In this document: in pieces, positions 1-9,665 of the stretch
Position numbering within the stretch: the first letter of the stretch is position 1
How the letters are laid out: each line of letters starts with the position of its first letter
Assembly: GCA_019058365.1 (NCBI GenBank)
Contig: JAHPZE010000015.1
Location: 1 to 64,000, forward strand
Direction of reading: 5' to 3'
From: Promethearchaeota archaeon
GTDB lineage: Archaea; Asgardarchaeota; Lokiarchaeia; Sigyniarchaeales; SOKP01
DNA length: 64,000 nt
Program-made: the position numbers and the translations under genes
Notes under the pieces: generated by a model
What the model saw: only the letters and a program-made list of their open reading frames with translations
Told to the model about the DNA's origin: nothing
The model's database searches: none

Positions 1-75
1 GATAAAAAGAAAGAAAAAATAAAAGAAAAAAAAATAAATCATTAAATACTGATAATAAAAAAAAAAAAGGAATTA

Positions 76-1440
76 TTAAATTGCTTCTACTTTTTCTCCC
101 TTCTCCTTATGAAGTTCAATTAATTTCACTTTGATCTCCCCAACCTTGGATTTTGTAAAAGGGTAAAAGTATAAGCATATCAAGGTTAGACCTAAAGCAA
201 TACCGGGAACAACAATAAATAGAAACCTAAGAGCAAAGTTGACATCAATTAAAGGATTATATACTCCCCAATTACTTTGAACAAACACCGCACCAATTGT
301 TACTATTGAAACTATCATTGAAAGTCGCATAAAAAAGTTTGTTATTCCAAAAAATGCTCCTTCACGTCTAATTCCCGTTTTTAACTCATCTTCATCAATA
401 ACATCTGCGATAAGTAAATAGATAAAATAAAGCATCCCACCAAATCCAAGGCCCATCAAAGAAGCAGTCAATAATACTAATCCATATTCAGCTATAAACA
501 TGAGTGGCAATGAAGCAAAGAAATAAGCAACGATTGAAATAGCATACCCTCTTTTACTTCCAATTTTAATATCTAACCATCTCCATAAAATAACAGAAAC
601 TGCCCCAACAATGTACATGATTCCCATTATCAAAGAAGTGTCAAATGCATCAATATTTAACACTTGCCTGCCAAATATTTGAACTAGTGTCGCAAGGAGC
701 AATAATACATATTCATATAAAAAGAACATAGCAGTATAGAGTACAAACCCTTTGTTTTTCATTGTATACTTGAAGCTATCAAAAAATTTGAATTCATGTT
801 GATAATCAAGTTTAAATTCTTTACGTTCAGTTACTCCCCATTTTAAAGAAACTATTAAAGAAATTGCAATTATTATCGAAGTGATAATTCCATTTAATAA
901 ATAGGTATTTCTAGATTCTTCATTCGCAAGAACTAATCCTGGTACTAATGCAGCAAAAAGTAACCCTACAACAGAAAGTATTTCTTTAATTGTATTAACT
1001 TCAGATCTTTCTTTTACCGTTGTATATAATTCAGGAAATAAGCTATCATATGGAAGTGCAATCATTGTATAGAATGTATCATAACAGATCAACATAATGA
1101 GCAAATATATAAAAGTTTGAAAATCATTTCCTGTCGGAGGAAGCCAAATTATAATCTCTAATATTAACATAGGAATTAAACCCGCCATTATATAAGGTTT
1201 TCTGCGCCCCCATTTAGTGTGTGTACGATCTGATAAATAACCGATGAGGGGATCATTAAATGCATTCCATAATGTCCACAGTATTGCAGCAAGCATATAC
1301 CAATTAATATGTAATCCTACAACAGTGAAATAATATGTAAAAACATAGATATTAAATGCACTGTTTATAAACCACTGAGCAAAACTTCCCATTCCAAAAC
1401 TCCATTTTTGACCTCGACTAAACCGTTGTTCTTCACTCAT
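76..1440 (-). CDS. MFS transporter, glycoside-pentoside-hexuronide (MelB-like) family
   Basis: About 12 TM segments; NAFNDPLIGYLSDRTHTKWGRRKPY and ADVIDEDELKTGIRREG motifs typical of GPH sugar:cation symporters. Confidence 0.9.
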   Translation of the reverse strand: MSEEQRFSRGQKWSFGMGSFAQWFINSAFNIYVFTYYFTVVGLHINWYMLAAILWTLWNAFNDPLIGYLSDRTHTKWGRRKPYIMAGLIPMLILEIIIWLPPTGNDFQTFIYLLIMLICYDTFYTMIALPYDSLFPELYTTVKERSEVNTIKEILSVVGLLFAALVPGLVLANEESRNTYLLNGIITSIIIAISLIVSLKWGVTERKEFKLDYQHEFKFFDSFKYTMKNKGFVLYTAMFFLYEYVLLLLATLVQIFGRQVLNIDAFDTSLIMGIMYIVGAVSVILWRWLDIKIGSKRGYAISIVAYFFASLPLMFIAEYGLVLLTASLMGLGFGGMLYFIYLLIADVIDEDELKTGIRREGAFFGITNFFMRLSMIVSIVTIGAVFVQSNWGVYNPLIDVNFALRFLFIVVPGIALGLTLICLYFYPFTKSKVGEIKVKLIELHKEKGEKVEAI

Positions 1441-1597
1441 TTGAAAATTAACACCTTTTCTTAAAAATTATTCATTAATTTATTAAATTAGATATTAAAT
1501 CTATCTATGTTTTAATAAATGTTAACTTTTAATTTAAAGGATAAGAATATGATTTTGCATATATTCTCTATAGATTAAGCTATAAATATATAGCTAA

Positions 1598-1807
1598 TTA
1601 GGAATATTTCTCAATGATGTAATTTTGTAAGGACCAAGCATATTTCTCAAGATTAAGAATTAGCATTTTTTGTTGTATTTCCCTTAAATAAGGAACATCT
1701 AATTTTTTGAATAATGAATTTAGATAGTCAATAGTATCAAAAATCCCAACTATAACACCCCAATCTCTTGCCCAAGCAGTATCTTGTTGATATTCTAATA
1801 CTTCCAT
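1598..1807 (-). CDS. Small hypothetical protein (69 aa)
   Basis: ATG preceded by AGAGGT SD-like motif (agaggtaataaaaATG); protein-like helical composition; fills an intergenic gap. Confidence 0.7.
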   Translation of the reverse strand: MEVLEYQQDTAWARDWGVIVGIFDTIDYLNSLFKKLDVPYLREIQQKMLILNLEKYAWSLQNYIIEKYS

Positions 1808-1932
1808 TTTTATTACCTCTGGTTATTCATAAAAATATTGCTTTATAAATCTTTAGATAGTAATAATTTTCTAATGAATTAAAAGAAAGAAAAAGAATAA
1901 TTAGATAATTTAATAAAAAAAAGATTAGATTT

Positions 1933-2541
1933 TTATTTTGTCCTTATTACCACAGTTTCGGAAACATTTTGCATAATACGGTATCTCTTCTTAGGATCAC
2001 CAGAATTTTTTAGAAATCCAATAATTAAATCTAGAATTAGTAGCCCAGAAGGTTTTAAAAGGTTGTTTATTACATAATGACCAGAGGTTGCTGGACCAAA
2101 AGTATGCTCATCTACGGTTCTCAAATGCATAGACATTTTTCCAACTGTTTGACCATCATTGTATGCCTCAAGGATCCAAAAGTATAAGAATCCTATGACC
2201 CAATCAAAGGGAAAGGATACACTCCACCATCCTCCGAAGGGATCAAAAATATTGAATGGTATCCATGAAACAAAGATTATTAAAGAGAGAACGGAACCAA
2301 TAATTCCAATGATTATCCCATCAATAATCAATGCAACAAATCTTGCCCAAAAATCGCCATATTGCACTGTTTCTGGTACAATTTTAGCTTGCTGAGCTTC
2401 TTTTTCAGAAACTGTTTCATAAGATGGACTTTCCACAACTTCTTTTCTTGTACCTAAATCCACACCACAAGACACGCAATACCTTGAGTTTGGCTCGAGT
2501 TCACTGCCACATTTAGGGCAGTAACGTAAAGACAATTTCAA
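1933..2541 (-). CDS. Zinc-ribbon + RDD family membrane protein
   Basis: N-terminal CPKCG...YCVSCG double zinc ribbon; RFVALIID and GQTVGK RDD motifs; start may be the second TTG (2535). Confidence 0.85.
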   Translation of the reverse strand: MKLSLRYCPKCGSELEPNSRYCVSCGVDLGTRKEVVESPSYETVSEKEAQQAKIVPETVQYGDFWARFVALIIDGIIIGIIGSVLSLIIFVSWIPFNIFDPFGGWWSVSFPFDWVIGFLYFWILEAYNDGQTVGKMSMHLRTVDEHTFGPATSGHYVINNLLKPSGLLILDLIIGFLKNSGDPKKRYRIMQNVSETVVIRTK

Positions 2542-2647
2542 TTAACACCAATTTTGTTTTTAACATTATTATAATATAAATATTAATTAAGTTAACCTTT
2601 ATAATTCATATAAGATTTATGTAGTCCAATTTTACTCAAAAAAAAAT

Positions 2648-3790
2648 TTAAAGATACATTTGGAAAGTTTTCTCAACAATATCTTTCGTTTCTTTGAATT
2701 CTGAAACGTTAATTAATTTATTTAGATCTTGGATTTCAATTAACTCTTTTTTGTATTTAGTCTTAAATTCTACTGCAAAGTTTTCCATTAATTTTTTCAA
2801 AATAGCATTTTTATGGTTTGTTATTAATACAACTGCAAATCCAACTTCATCGTAGTTTACTATAATATCTGAGTTCTCAGTTTGGAGTACATCAATTTGG
2901 TCTTTTGGATCAACAAACTCAGAGAGAATATGGTTAATACCAATAAGGATATTTCCCCATATAGTTGAATCAAGCTCATTATTACTAATGCTAAACTTAT
3001 AGGAATATAATAAAATTCCTGACTTATGGTAGATATTAACATAAAATATCTTATTAGTTAATTCTGAAAACATACTAGGCTTATTTACAAACAAATAACA
3101 TATATAGAAGATGGTTATCCATAATGTAAAGATATGTAGTTCTCTAAAAATTGATACTTGAAAAACAATATAGAAAATATACATTAAAATTGGAAAAACA
3201 AAAATAATCGTGATAATAAATAAGCTTTTAATAAATTCTTTATTTCTTGCTCGTAAATAGATTATCCAAGAAAGTAGAAAATAATAAATTAAAAAAGAAC
3301 ATTGAAAAATCCCAATAATTAGACCTGTTACAATATTGAATGAGTAATTTATTATTGAAAGATCTGTAATGAAAAATGGGGGAGAATTAGAAGAATTAAT
3401 GAAAATTCGAACGGATTCTGGTGAGAAAAAGGAACCTATTAATAATCCAAAGAGAATTGTGAAAAATAGAAAAGGAAAATAAGGAATCTTTTTGAATTCT
3501 TTTAAAAATGCATAAATTAATGACATAATTAATAATTCAATAAAACCAAAAATGAGAGAAAGTTTCCATAGGAAAAGGTTAATGGTTTCAGTAAAAAAAA
3601 TTACTAAAGAAAATAAATATAGAGTTGAATATATAAATACTGCATTGAAAATCGCTAAGAAGTTTAAAATCACGGTAAACTTTATCCCATATTTAACTTG
3701 ATGCTTAAAGATAAAAATCAAAGTATATGTACTAGCACATAAAGTGAAAATATATCCAATTATCACAGTTATCAGAATTACAATGGCCAT
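2648..3790 (-). CDS. Multi-pass (about 7 TM) membrane protein with C-terminal longin-like domain
   Basis: Hydrophobic N-terminal ~240 aa, then IYHKSGILLYSYKF...ILIGINHILSEF...F..KY pattern of Asgard longin-like domains. Confidence 0.7.
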   Translation of the reverse strand: MAIVILITVIIGYIFTLCASTYTLIFIFKHQVKYGIKFTVILNFLAIFNAVFIYSTLYLFSLVIFFTETINLFLWKLSLIFGFIELLIMSLIYAFLKEFKKIPYFPFLFFTILFGLLIGSFFSPESVRIFINSSNSPPFFITDLSIINYSFNIVTGLIIGIFQCSFLIYYFLLSWIIYLRARNKEFIKSLFIITIIFVFPILMYIFYIVFQVSIFRELHIFTLWITIFYICYLFVNKPSMFSELTNKIFYVNIYHKSGILLYSYKFSISNNELDSTIWGNILIGINHILSEFVDPKDQIDVLQTENSDIIVNYDEVGFAVVLITNHKNAILKKLMENFAVEFKTKYKKELIEIQDLNKLINVSEFKETKDIVEKTFQMYL

Positions 3791-3994
3791 AATTTGGTTT
3801 TATTGCTAAATAATACTTTTTTCTTTATTTTTGCATTTGTGTGATTTCTAGGGGTAATAAATAAATTCTAACTGTACTATTGAATATAGAACACACCTTC
3901 ATAAATATAAATTTACTTTATTCTTTATTAGTTTAAGATATAATTTGAGAAAATCAGAAATTCTTGTTTTATTTAATATGCCTATTTTCCCTAC

Positions 3995-5098
3995 TCATCT
4001 AATTCTTTTAATAAAAGGTTTGAAAAATTCCGTAATTATTTCCTTTGCATTTCCAAATGCTGAAACATCAATTAAACCATTTAGGTTTTTCAATTTTTCT
4101 CTATTCAGTGCAGTAAATTTATTCATAAAATTATTTACTGCTCTATCGATATAGTCGTTTTTATGGTTTGTTGTCAACAAAATAGCATAACCATGATTAT
4201 TATCATATTCAAGTATTATATCTCTATTTTGCATTTTAATAAGCCCTAATTGGTCTTTTTTATTTATAAAATTCGAGAGGATATGGTTAATCCCAATTAG
4301 TATTGAGCCTTTTAAGAGGGAATCATCAGTTTCTTCTCCAGTCTCAAAATTATATGAATACAAAAGAATTCCGCTTCTATGGAAGATTATAAAGTCATAA
4401 ATTCTATTAGTTAGTTCAATAAATAGAAAAGGTTTTGTGATAATATAACAAGATGCCAAAAATGCTCCTGTTAAATAAACTACGACGTAAAGATATCTGA
4501 AAATAAAATTCTGAGTGAGAATATAAGCGGAATATGATATAATCATAAGTGAAAATTGAATAGAAAAACTGCTTAGCAACTTTTTTGATTTATTATCACC
4601 AATACGGGAATAAAATTTTATAAGATTATAGCAAAAAACACCTATTATTATAAAGTTATAACATAATAGAATAAGCAATAATAATAAATTTTTAAATCTA
4701 ATAGAATAATATCCACTAATTGAGTTAATAGTAAATGCCTTAGAAAAGAAGGTTAAACCTAAGATTATTCCTATTATAAGTGAATAAAAAAGAGTTGATA
4801 AGACTACTTTCTTTTCAAATTTAATTATAAATCTATGAATAACACTCAACAAACCTAAAGAAAATACCCAAAATACTATTGAGATTTTCCAAAAAACTAA
4901 TGCAATATTTCCTGTAAAATAAATCTCAGTTGATAAAAGGAATAATGTAAAAAAGAAAATTCCCAGAAATAAATAGATTGAGCTATTTGCATAATAATTT
5001 AATTTATTACCAAAATTTTCTCGCTTGAAATAAACATAAGTAGTCCCAATCAGAGAAATTATTATTGAAGTTATAATCAGAAATATGTCGATTATCAT
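3995..5098 (-). CDS. Multi-pass (about 7 TM) membrane protein with C-terminal longin-like domain, paralogue of 2648..3790
   Basis: Same architecture; FHRSGILLYSYNF...ILIGINHILSNF motif shared with its neighbour. Confidence 0.7.
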   Translation of the reverse strand: MIIDIFLIITSIIISLIGTTYVYFKRENFGNKLNYYANSSIYLFLGIFFFTLFLLSTEIYFTGNIALVFWKISIVFWVFSLGLLSVIHRFIIKFEKKVVLSTLFYSLIIGIILGLTFFSKAFTINSISGYYSIRFKNLLLLLILLCYNFIIIGVFCYNLIKFYSRIGDNKSKKLLSSFSIQFSLMIISYSAYILTQNFIFRYLYVVVYLTGAFLASCYIITKPFLFIELTNRIYDFIIFHRSGILLYSYNFETGEETDDSLLKGSILIGINHILSNFINKKDQLGLIKMQNRDIILEYDNNHGYAILLTTNHKNDYIDRAVNNFMNKFTALNREKLKNLNGLIDVSAFGNAKEIITEFFKPFIKRIR

Positions 5099-5213
5099 TA
5101 TTCATTTATGAATTTCTTTTACTCTAACAAAAAACTAATAGTTCAATATTATTTAAATTTGTTATATTTTAGAAGTCTATTTCTCAATTTATTATATCTT
5201 CAATTATATACCA

Positions 5214-7187
5214 TTGTCTCAATATATAATTGATACTATTAAATTAAAAATAAAAAAAAAGAAATACTCATATGATTTAATTTTAAAAAATGCTATCAAG
5301 TTCCAATTTTTTATGCTAGATTTCATTGATTATCTGAATAAGGAAAGCATCATTCGAAATTTAAAGAATTCTTATAAGTCAGGTATAGATCAACATAATG
5401 AGGAAGGTTTTATCTATAAAGTTATTGAAAATCTAAGTTTATTAAATAAAATCAAGCTACACTACGATCTTTTTATTAGTTTATATGAAAATCTGCGAAG
5501 TCATAAGGAGAAAAAGAAATTAGGTGAATTTTATACTCCTTTATCGGTAGTTAAATATATCTTAGATGGCGTAGGTTATGATTATTTTAATGAAATTGAA
5601 ATTAAAAAATTAATTGATATAAGTTGTGGTTCTGGGAGTTTTATTATCCAAGCGATTAGAAGATTGATTAAAAGATACCTTGAAGTTTATGATCGGAAAG
5701 GAATTTCAGAATTTACCGTTGAAGAAGCTAAGTTGGTAATTGAAAGGATTAAAAATAATATTTATGGTATAGATATTAATCGAATTGCTTGTATTTTATG
5801 TCAGATTAATATTCATTATATATTATTTGATATTTTGGAATTAATTCGAAAAATTGATCCTAATTATCAATTACCATTATTCAATATATATAATTTTAAC
5901 ACACTAACAATTGATACTCCTGAAAAGTATGATTACGTTGTAGGAAATCCTCCTTATTTATTTATTAGAGATATACCAATTATTCAAAAACAGATTATTG
6001 AAAATGGCAATTATGAAACAAATAAGGGTCAATATGATTATTATCAAATATTTATAGAAATTGGATTAAAATTTTTAAAAAATCAAGGTTTATTCGGTTT
6101 TATTGTTCCAGATTCATTACTTGCTCTTTCTAATCGATCAGTTATTAGAAAATATATATATAATAATTCAAAGATCAGAGAAATTTATTATACAGGCCCA
6201 AAATTTAATGAGCCTATCGTTTCAAATATTATCATCATCTTAGAAAAAGAAGACAATGTATTAGAAAGAAATAAAAACAAAATCAAAATCAAAATAAGAA
6301 ATCAACAAGAAAACATAATCCCTCAAAACATTATTGAAAAATGGGGTTACAAATTTTTAGTGCATTTAGATAAGATGGATATTTCAATTCTTGACCATTT
6401 AAATTCAAAATTCCCCAAATTAAAAGATTTACCTAAAAAAAATGATATACAACTTCTTTTAAATAGAGGAGTTGAGTTAACTAAAAGAGGAGAAATAATA
6501 TTCTGTGAATCCTGCAATAAATATTTACCAATTCCTAAAAAAATATTAAAATGCCCCGAATGCAACTCACTTTTAAATAAGCACAATATTGAGCAGATTA
6601 TTTACAAATCATTAGACCACAAAAGGATAAAAAGTAATTTCAAACTATACCTATACTCAATTAGGCGTTATACTAAAACTCAATATAAATATATTGATAC
6701 AACGAAAGTAGGAATAAATTATAAGGATTTTACTAATTATGAAGATCGGATTATCATTCGACAAATTAGCCAAAATAACACAATTTGTGCGACATATGAT
6801 GAGAATTTATCTTTAACATCTCAGTCATTTTATAATTTGAAAATACAAAAATCTTCTATTTCCGAATTTAATACCCTTTACCTATTAGGAATTATTAATT
6901 CCACCTTATTATCATATTATTTCATTAAATCGTTTGGAACGTATAAGACAATATTTCCAAGAATTTTAATTGAAAAAATAAAAGATCTTCCTATTAAAAT
7001 CCCCATGTCTAAAGAGGAGAAAGAAAATGCTAAAAAAATTAAGGAATTAGTAAAAGTAATCTTAGATGAAAAAAATGAAATTAAATATCTCCAGAGAAAA
7101 ATTGATTTTTTAATTTTTGATTTATATCAAATTTCAGATATTACACAAAAGCATATTTTGAATTATATGGAATCCTTGAATAGCTAA
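5214..7187 (+). CDS. N6-adenine DNA methyltransferase (gamma class, Eco57I/TaqI-like), no nuclease domain evident
   Basis: GEFYTP, DISCGSGSF (motif I) before VGNPPY (motif IV); TaqI-like C-terminus (IIIRQI...YLLGIINS...LPIKIP); start uncertain. Confidence 0.88.
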   Translation: MSQYIIDTIKLKIKKKKYSYDLILKNAIKFQFFMLDFIDYLNKESIIRNLKNSYKSGIDQHNEEGFIYKVIENLSLLNKIKLHYDLFISLYENLRSHKEKKKLGEFYTPLSVVKYILDGVGYDYFNEIEIKKLIDISCGSGSFIIQAIRRLIKRYLEVYDRKGISEFTVEEAKLVIERIKNNIYGIDINRIACILCQINIHYILFDILELIRKIDPNYQLPLFNIYNFNTLTIDTPEKYDYVVGNPPYLFIRDIPIIQKQIIENGNYETNKGQYDYYQIFIEIGLKFLKNQGLFGFIVPDSLLALSNRSVIRKYIYNNSKIREIYYTGPKFNEPIVSNIIIILEKEDNVLERNKNKIKIKIRNQQENIIPQNIIEKWGYKFLVHLDKMDISILDHLNSKFPKLKDLPKKNDIQLLLNRGVELTKRGEIIFCESCNKYLPIPKKILKCPECNSLLNKHNIEQIIYKSLDHKRIKSNFKLYLYSIRRYTKTQYKYIDTTKVGINYKDFTNYEDRIIIRQISQNNTICATYDENLSLTSQSFYNLKIQKSSISEFNTLYLLGIINSTLLSYYFIKSFGTYKTIFPRILIEKIKDLPIKIPMSKEEKENAKKIKELVKVILDEKNEIKYLQRKIDFLIFDLYQISDITQKHILNYMESLNS

Positions 7188-7203
7188 ATTATGTGTGATT
7201 TTT

Positions 7204-7368
7204 TTACTGAGTCCTTTTTCTGGAATCGTAAGTTTTTAAAATCCTATCCCATTTGTCAGCGAGTTCTTCAAGATTAGTTCTTCTAAAGAGTTTAACTGCT
7301 CTATCTAAGATTTTGGCAACATTTTCTTCATATTTTAACATATCTGGATCAGATGAAGTTTCTATCAT
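7204..7368 (-). CDS. Small helical hypothetical protein (54 aa), below the ORF-track cutoff
   Basis: Hand translation MIETSSDPDMLKYEENVAKILDRAVKLFRRTNLEELADKWDRILKTYDSRKRTQ*; amphipathic; divergent from the roadblock-GTPase gene. Confidence 0.5.
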   Translation of the reverse strand: MIETSSDPDMLKYEENVAKILDRAVKLFRRTNLEELADKWDRILKTYDSRKRTQ

Positions 7369-7403
7369 GAATAGAAAATGATAAAAATTGATATAAAAAA
7401 TAA

Positions 7404-7465
7404 TATGGTATGGTGATATCTTCGGAAATATGATTGGTATGGTATGGTGATATCTTCGGAAATAT
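7404..7465. repeat. Direct repeat, 2 x 28 nt at 34-nt period, with a third partial copy to ~7480
   Basis: TATGGTATGGTGATATCTTCGGAAATAT at 7404-7431 and 7438-7465; TCTTCCGAAATAT follows. Confidence 0.9.
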
Positions 7466-7554
7466 TTCTTCCGAAATATGATTATCTAAATACATATATT
7501 TATTATTTAGAGATTTTATATTTTTAATAACCTTAATGAGATGATGAAATACTT

Positions 7555-8538
7555 ATGGAGAGGCTTCCAAGTACCAATCTATTAGAAGAAATATTAAGGA
7601 ACTATTTTAATGAAGTCGAGGGTATAAAAGGTGTAGCTATTTGTGATAGAAATGGTTTCATTATAGCTTCAGAATCAAGACAGGAAAATGAAGAAGATTC
7701 AGATGAGATAATTGGAGTCCTTTCTGCTATGCTTGATTCATATATAGACAGGATTAAGGCTGAATTTGGGAAGACTGAAAGTTTTTTTAATATTACTTCA
7801 ACAGGAAATAAGAAATTTGTGTTTAGTTCGATGGGTCCTAGTTCAATTCTGACTACTGTAGCAGCACAATCAACCACAGACATAGAATTAAAAGTATATT
7901 CAGAACATATCGCAGCTAAAGTTGAATTAATTCTTGATGGAAATATAGATATTTCACCAAAAATCCCAGAAATAATAAAAGCCTTATCAAAAACTCGAGG
8001 AGGTAAACTTCCAGATTTAGCAGGAGAATATTCTAATAAAGTTATTCTTACTGGGGATCATTCTGTTGGAAAAACATCTCTAATAAGAAGATTTGTTGAA
8101 AACAATTTTGAAGAAGATTATATTAGTACAATTGACGTACAAATAAGTAAAAAAATAGTGAATCTGAGTGAAAATACTAAAATGAACTTTATTATTTGGG
8201 ATATTGGGGGTCAAGTACAGCATATGGCTCCCTATAGAGCTAAATTTTATAATGGTGCTAACGCTGCTTTCATAGTAATAGATAGAACTCGTCCTGGTAA
8301 TTTAAGTAGCATTGAAAAATGGTTTAATGATATTAACAAATCAGTTAAACGAAAAATTCCAATTATAATAGTTGGAAATAAATCCGATTTAGTAGATGAT
8401 ATTAATATAAGTGAGGAAGATATAAAATCTATTGCTAAACAATTCGATTTCCATTATATACTTACATCTGCTATGACAGGCGAGAATGTTAATGATGCAT
8501 TTTTATATATTGCATATAGAATAGTAGAGACACTCTAA
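7555..8538 (+). CDS. Roadblock/LC7 domain fused to a Rab-like small GTPase
   Basis: N-terminal GVAICDRNGFIIAS roadblock pattern; G1 GDHSVGKTS, G3 WDIGGQ, G4 GNKSD, G5 TSA; no C-terminal prenylation Cys motif. Confidence 0.9.
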   Translation: MERLPSTNLLEEILRNYFNEVEGIKGVAICDRNGFIIASESRQENEEDSDEIIGVLSAMLDSYIDRIKAEFGKTESFFNITSTGNKKFVFSSMGPSSILTTVAAQSTTDIELKVYSEHIAAKVELILDGNIDISPKIPEIIKALSKTRGGKLPDLAGEYSNKVILTGDHSVGKTSLIRRFVENNFEEDYISTIDVQISKKIVNLSENTKMNFIIWDIGGQVQHMAPYRAKFYNGANAAFIVIDRTRPGNLSSIEKWFNDINKSVKRKIPIIIVGNKSDLVDDINISEEDIKSIAKQFDFHYILTSAMTGENVNDAFLYIAYRIVETL

Positions 8539-8645
8539 TCTTTTGATTACAAACTTTTTTATGAGTTCTAAATTTTTTAAATAATTGGTATACTAAGTCA
8601 AGTATATAAATAAATTAAAAAAAAGTTAAAGGAGGTTTAATAAAA

Positions 8646-9566
8646 ATAGTTCTTAAAATTATTTGGCATGATGTGCTTGCGACTTGAAATACTCGTGGAT
8701 ATGTCATGGGATTTTCAATTAAAGAGCTTACATATAAGGGAAAATATCTTATTTATCTAAGTGAACAAGAATTGACAGGTCCTTGGTTCAGTTTTACACT
8801 AGAAGGGGAAAAAATTGGTTCAATTCCAATTATTCTAAAAAATATTGAGCCCACTCCAATATACAATATGGTTAATACTAGAGCTGGAACAGCATTAAGT
8901 AGAATTACTTTAGATTTCAATATAACAGAGTATCTTAAGAAACTGGTCCAAGAAAAGAAAATACACCCAATACCATTAGTGAAAAAACAATTTGTACGTG
9001 TATATAAAGACATTTTCAATCCTCCTAAAGTACCGTATATTAGTACTTTTTTTACCATGAAAAATATTTCCGATTTCGCTTTGAAAGATTTTTCGATGTA
9101 CTTTGTTTTTGATTTTGATATAAATGGACTTGAAGGATATGACAATGACCTGTCCGGTTATGATGAAGAAAATGATATAATTTATCAATATGATGATACT
9201 GGTTTATATGGTGGAATATCTCCCATTTCTAAATCAACTAACTACGAATCATGTTTAACAAAAGATTTTAAAATTGATCAAAGTAAAATGAATCTTTCTA
9301 ATACTCTATATAAAGGGCGTGGAGAAATTTTATCGGCGTTACAGATTGAATTTATGACATTAGAACCTGATCACACCTTTCAGACAGCTCTAGTGATTTC
9401 TGGTGGTTTCAGCAAAGAGGAACTAATTGAAAATATTAAAGAAGGAAAAAATGATGCGATGAAGCATTTACATCAAGTAAATCGATCTGTAAAATCAGAG
9501 CCACGTAATCTCCAAGAAGAAGCTTTCACAAAAATTAATCTCCAGCAAGCCGAAGATTGTAAATAA
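8646..9566 (+). CDS. Candidate selenoprotein of unknown family (in-frame UGA at 8685-8687); ORF track gives only 8706..9566
   Basis: GGAGGT at 8631-8636, then ATA GTT CTT AAA ATT ATT TGG CAT GAT GTG CTT GCG ACT TGA AAT ACT CGT GGA TAT GTC ATG in frame with the downstream ORF; SECIS-like hairpin 15 nt after the stop. The CDS from 8706 is secure; the extension is inferred. Confidence 0.7.
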
Positions 9567-9568
9567 AA

Positions 9569-9647
9569 AAAATCCTAAATAATGACTCAAATAAAAAACT
9601 CAATCCGAACATTTATTTGATGAATACTCTGCTCGAGGTTGGATTTT
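9569..9647 (+). promoter_or_regulatory. Eukaryote-like SECIS element in 3' UTR
   Basis: AUGAC (9582-9586), 9-bp stem UCAAAUAAA (9587-9595)/UUUAUUUGA (9612-9620), apical loop opening with AAA, UGAA (9621-9624); lower helix AAAAUCC (9569-9575)/GGAUUUU (9641-9647). Confidence 0.75.
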
Positions 9648-9665
9648 AATAAATTACATATTCAA

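Noticed and set aside
1-75. A-rich low-complexity tract
   Set aside because: Corresponds to U-rich sequence downstream of the minus-strand MFS gene, consistent with ordinary archaeal termination
7404-7483. Possible mini CRISPR array
   Set aside because: Only 6 nt separate the repeats, there are no spacers, and no cas genes are in the window
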